64,000 nt of DNA from Vicugna vicugna. Its lineage: Eukaryota. Under the pieces are notes generated by a model. It was given only the letters and a program-made list of their open reading frames with translations, made no database searches and was not told the origin of the DNA. Position numbers and translations under genes: made by a program. The stretch covers positions 2,666,001 to 2,730,000 of the forward strand of contig MU058221.1 in the NCBI GenBank assembly GCA_013265495.1, read 5' to 3'. Every line of letters starts with the position of its first letter. Position 1 is the first letter of the stretch. Below, piece by piece: positions 62,220 to 64,000 of the stretch.

Positions 62220-63417
62220 TTCTGCCAATTTTTGATTGAGTTGTTTGTGTGTTTGATTGTTTTTTGATATCTCACAGTATGAGCAATTTGTATACTTTGG
62301 ATATTAACCCCTTGTCAGTTGCATCCTTTACAAATATTTTCTCACGTTCCATAGGTTGTCTTTTCATTCTGTTGATGGTTTCCTTTGCTGTGCAAAAGCT
62401 TTTAAGTTTGATTAGGTCCCACTTGTTTATCTTTTATTTTATTTCCTTTGCCTTGGGAGACTGATATAAGAAAATATTGCTACGAGTTATGTCCAAGAAT
62501 GTTTTGCCTATGTTTTTTTTCTGGCAGAAGACCTAAATAGACATCTCTCTAAAGATTACATACAGATACCCAATAGGCACATGAAAAGATGCTCAGCTTC
62601 ACTAATTACCAGAGAAATGCAAATCAAAACTACAATGATGTATCACTTCACACTGGTCAGAATGACCATCTTTAAAACGTCTACAAATAATAAATGCTGG
62701 AGAGGGTGTGGAGAAAAGGGAACCCCTCCACACTGTTGGCGGGAATGTAAATTGGTGCAGCCACTACTGAAAACAGTATGGCAATTCCATTAAAAACTAA
62801 ACATAGAGCTACCATATGATCCAGCAATCCCACTCCTGGGCATATACCCTGAAAAGATGAACACTTTAATTTGAAAAGATACATGCACCCCAGTGTTCAC
62901 AGCAGCACTATTTACTACAATAGCTAAGACATGGAAACAACCCAAGTGCCCATTGACCAACAATTGGTTTAAGAAAATGTAGTAGATACATACAATGGAA
63001 TAGTACTGAGAAATAAAAATAGAATGAAATATTGCCATTTGCAGCAACATGGATGGACCTATAGAATATCATACTAAATTAAGTGAGTCAGACAGAGAAA
63101 GACTAATATCACATGATATCACTTTTCCTGGAATCTAAAAATATAAAACAATGAATCCATATACAAAACAGAAACAGAATTACAGACAAAACAAATTTAT
63201 GGTACCCAAAGGGGACAGGGAGAGGGGAAGGGATAAATTAGGAGTATGGGATCACAGATACAAACATAAAATAGATAAGCAAAGAGGATTTACTGGACAG
63301 CACAGCAAACTAAATTCAGTATCGTGTAATACTGTAATGGAAATACATATACAACTGAATCACTTTGCTGGAACCAGAAACTATCACAATGTTGTAAATC
63401 AGCTATATTTCAATTAA
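62220..63417. mobile_element. L1 with 5' inversion (- 62220-62520; + 62521-63417), TSD-flanked
   Basis: ORF 62581-62793 matches L1 ORF2p C-terminus; A-tail at 63412-63420; TSD aaatttcttaaacctc 62204-62219 / aaagttcttaaacttc 63418-63433 (2 mismatches). Confidence 0.93.
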
Positions 63418-64000
63418 AAAGTTCTTAAACTTCAATATGGGAACAAACTGGATAAAATCTGAGTAAGGGCTAAAAGGAAAGTTGATCAGTTGTTGTCTGT
63501 AGCCCCTCAACCTGGTAGGGGATAGACTACCAAATTCTTAGTACAAATTACAGAATTGTGACCAAGGTCAAATTTAATGGTGATAGTATATTTCACCGTC
63601 TCCTTTACCAACTGTATATCCGTATCTTTTAGGAATATAGTACCTACTACAATCTAGAATGATTTTTACCAAAACGTCTGTGTTGAGAGTAGGTAGGAAG
63701 TCACAACGGTGACTTTTGCTGTGGATTTCCTTCTCATCTGTTAGATAATGTTGGAATTAAAAGTAAATAAAGACCCTTGGCAAAATCTGACTGTAACCTC
63801 TTGGAATTCTTAATAGTGAAGGAAAGGAAAATAGGACACAGAGCCCTATGTATGGAAGTGTTCCCAAAAGCAAGTTTAAAAATAAAAGTTCAAAGGAAAA
63901 AACAGTAATAATTCCATGGCCAAGGCTCTGTAGGTTCAGAATATAAACTTCTGGACTACATGGCTGCAGAGAGTCTAAATGAGGGCAAGTGAGGCAGACA

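Noticed and set aside
1..64000. Novel multi-gene system, CRISPR array or prokaryote-type locus
   Set aside because: The sequence is repeat-rich mammalian DNA with no ORF above 150 aa, no operon-like layout and no regularly spaced repeat-spacer array

Overview
Mammalian genomic DNA, very probably camelid (alpaca/camel lineage). This is inferred from seven copies of a tRNA-derived SINE beginning GGGGAGGGTATAGCTCAGTGGTAGAG... and from cetartiodactyl-type L1 3' ends. I found no protein-coding exon, RNA gene, CRISPR array or prokaryote-type system that I can support. The supplied ORFs are chance ORFs, low-complexity translations or transposon remnants (L1 ORF2p C-terminus; a mariner SPDL motif). 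The window is a mosaic of lineage-specific L1s and SINEs, ancient eutherian repeats (MIR, L2, MLT1/LTR16, MER5/20/58/94, MARNA) and unique spacers with transcription-factor motif clusters. That fits a large intron (possibly of a + strand gene) or an intergenic regulatory region. The most notable structures are four twin-primed 5'-inverted L1s, a TSD-flanked chimeric young-L1/old-L1 insert inside an MLT1 LTR, a microhomology-deleted L1, a diverged 165-bp tandem duplication, a KLF-motif minisatellite and a duplicated E-box+AP-1 module. Repeat family names come from recalled consensus similarity, not a database search, and boundaries are approximate.
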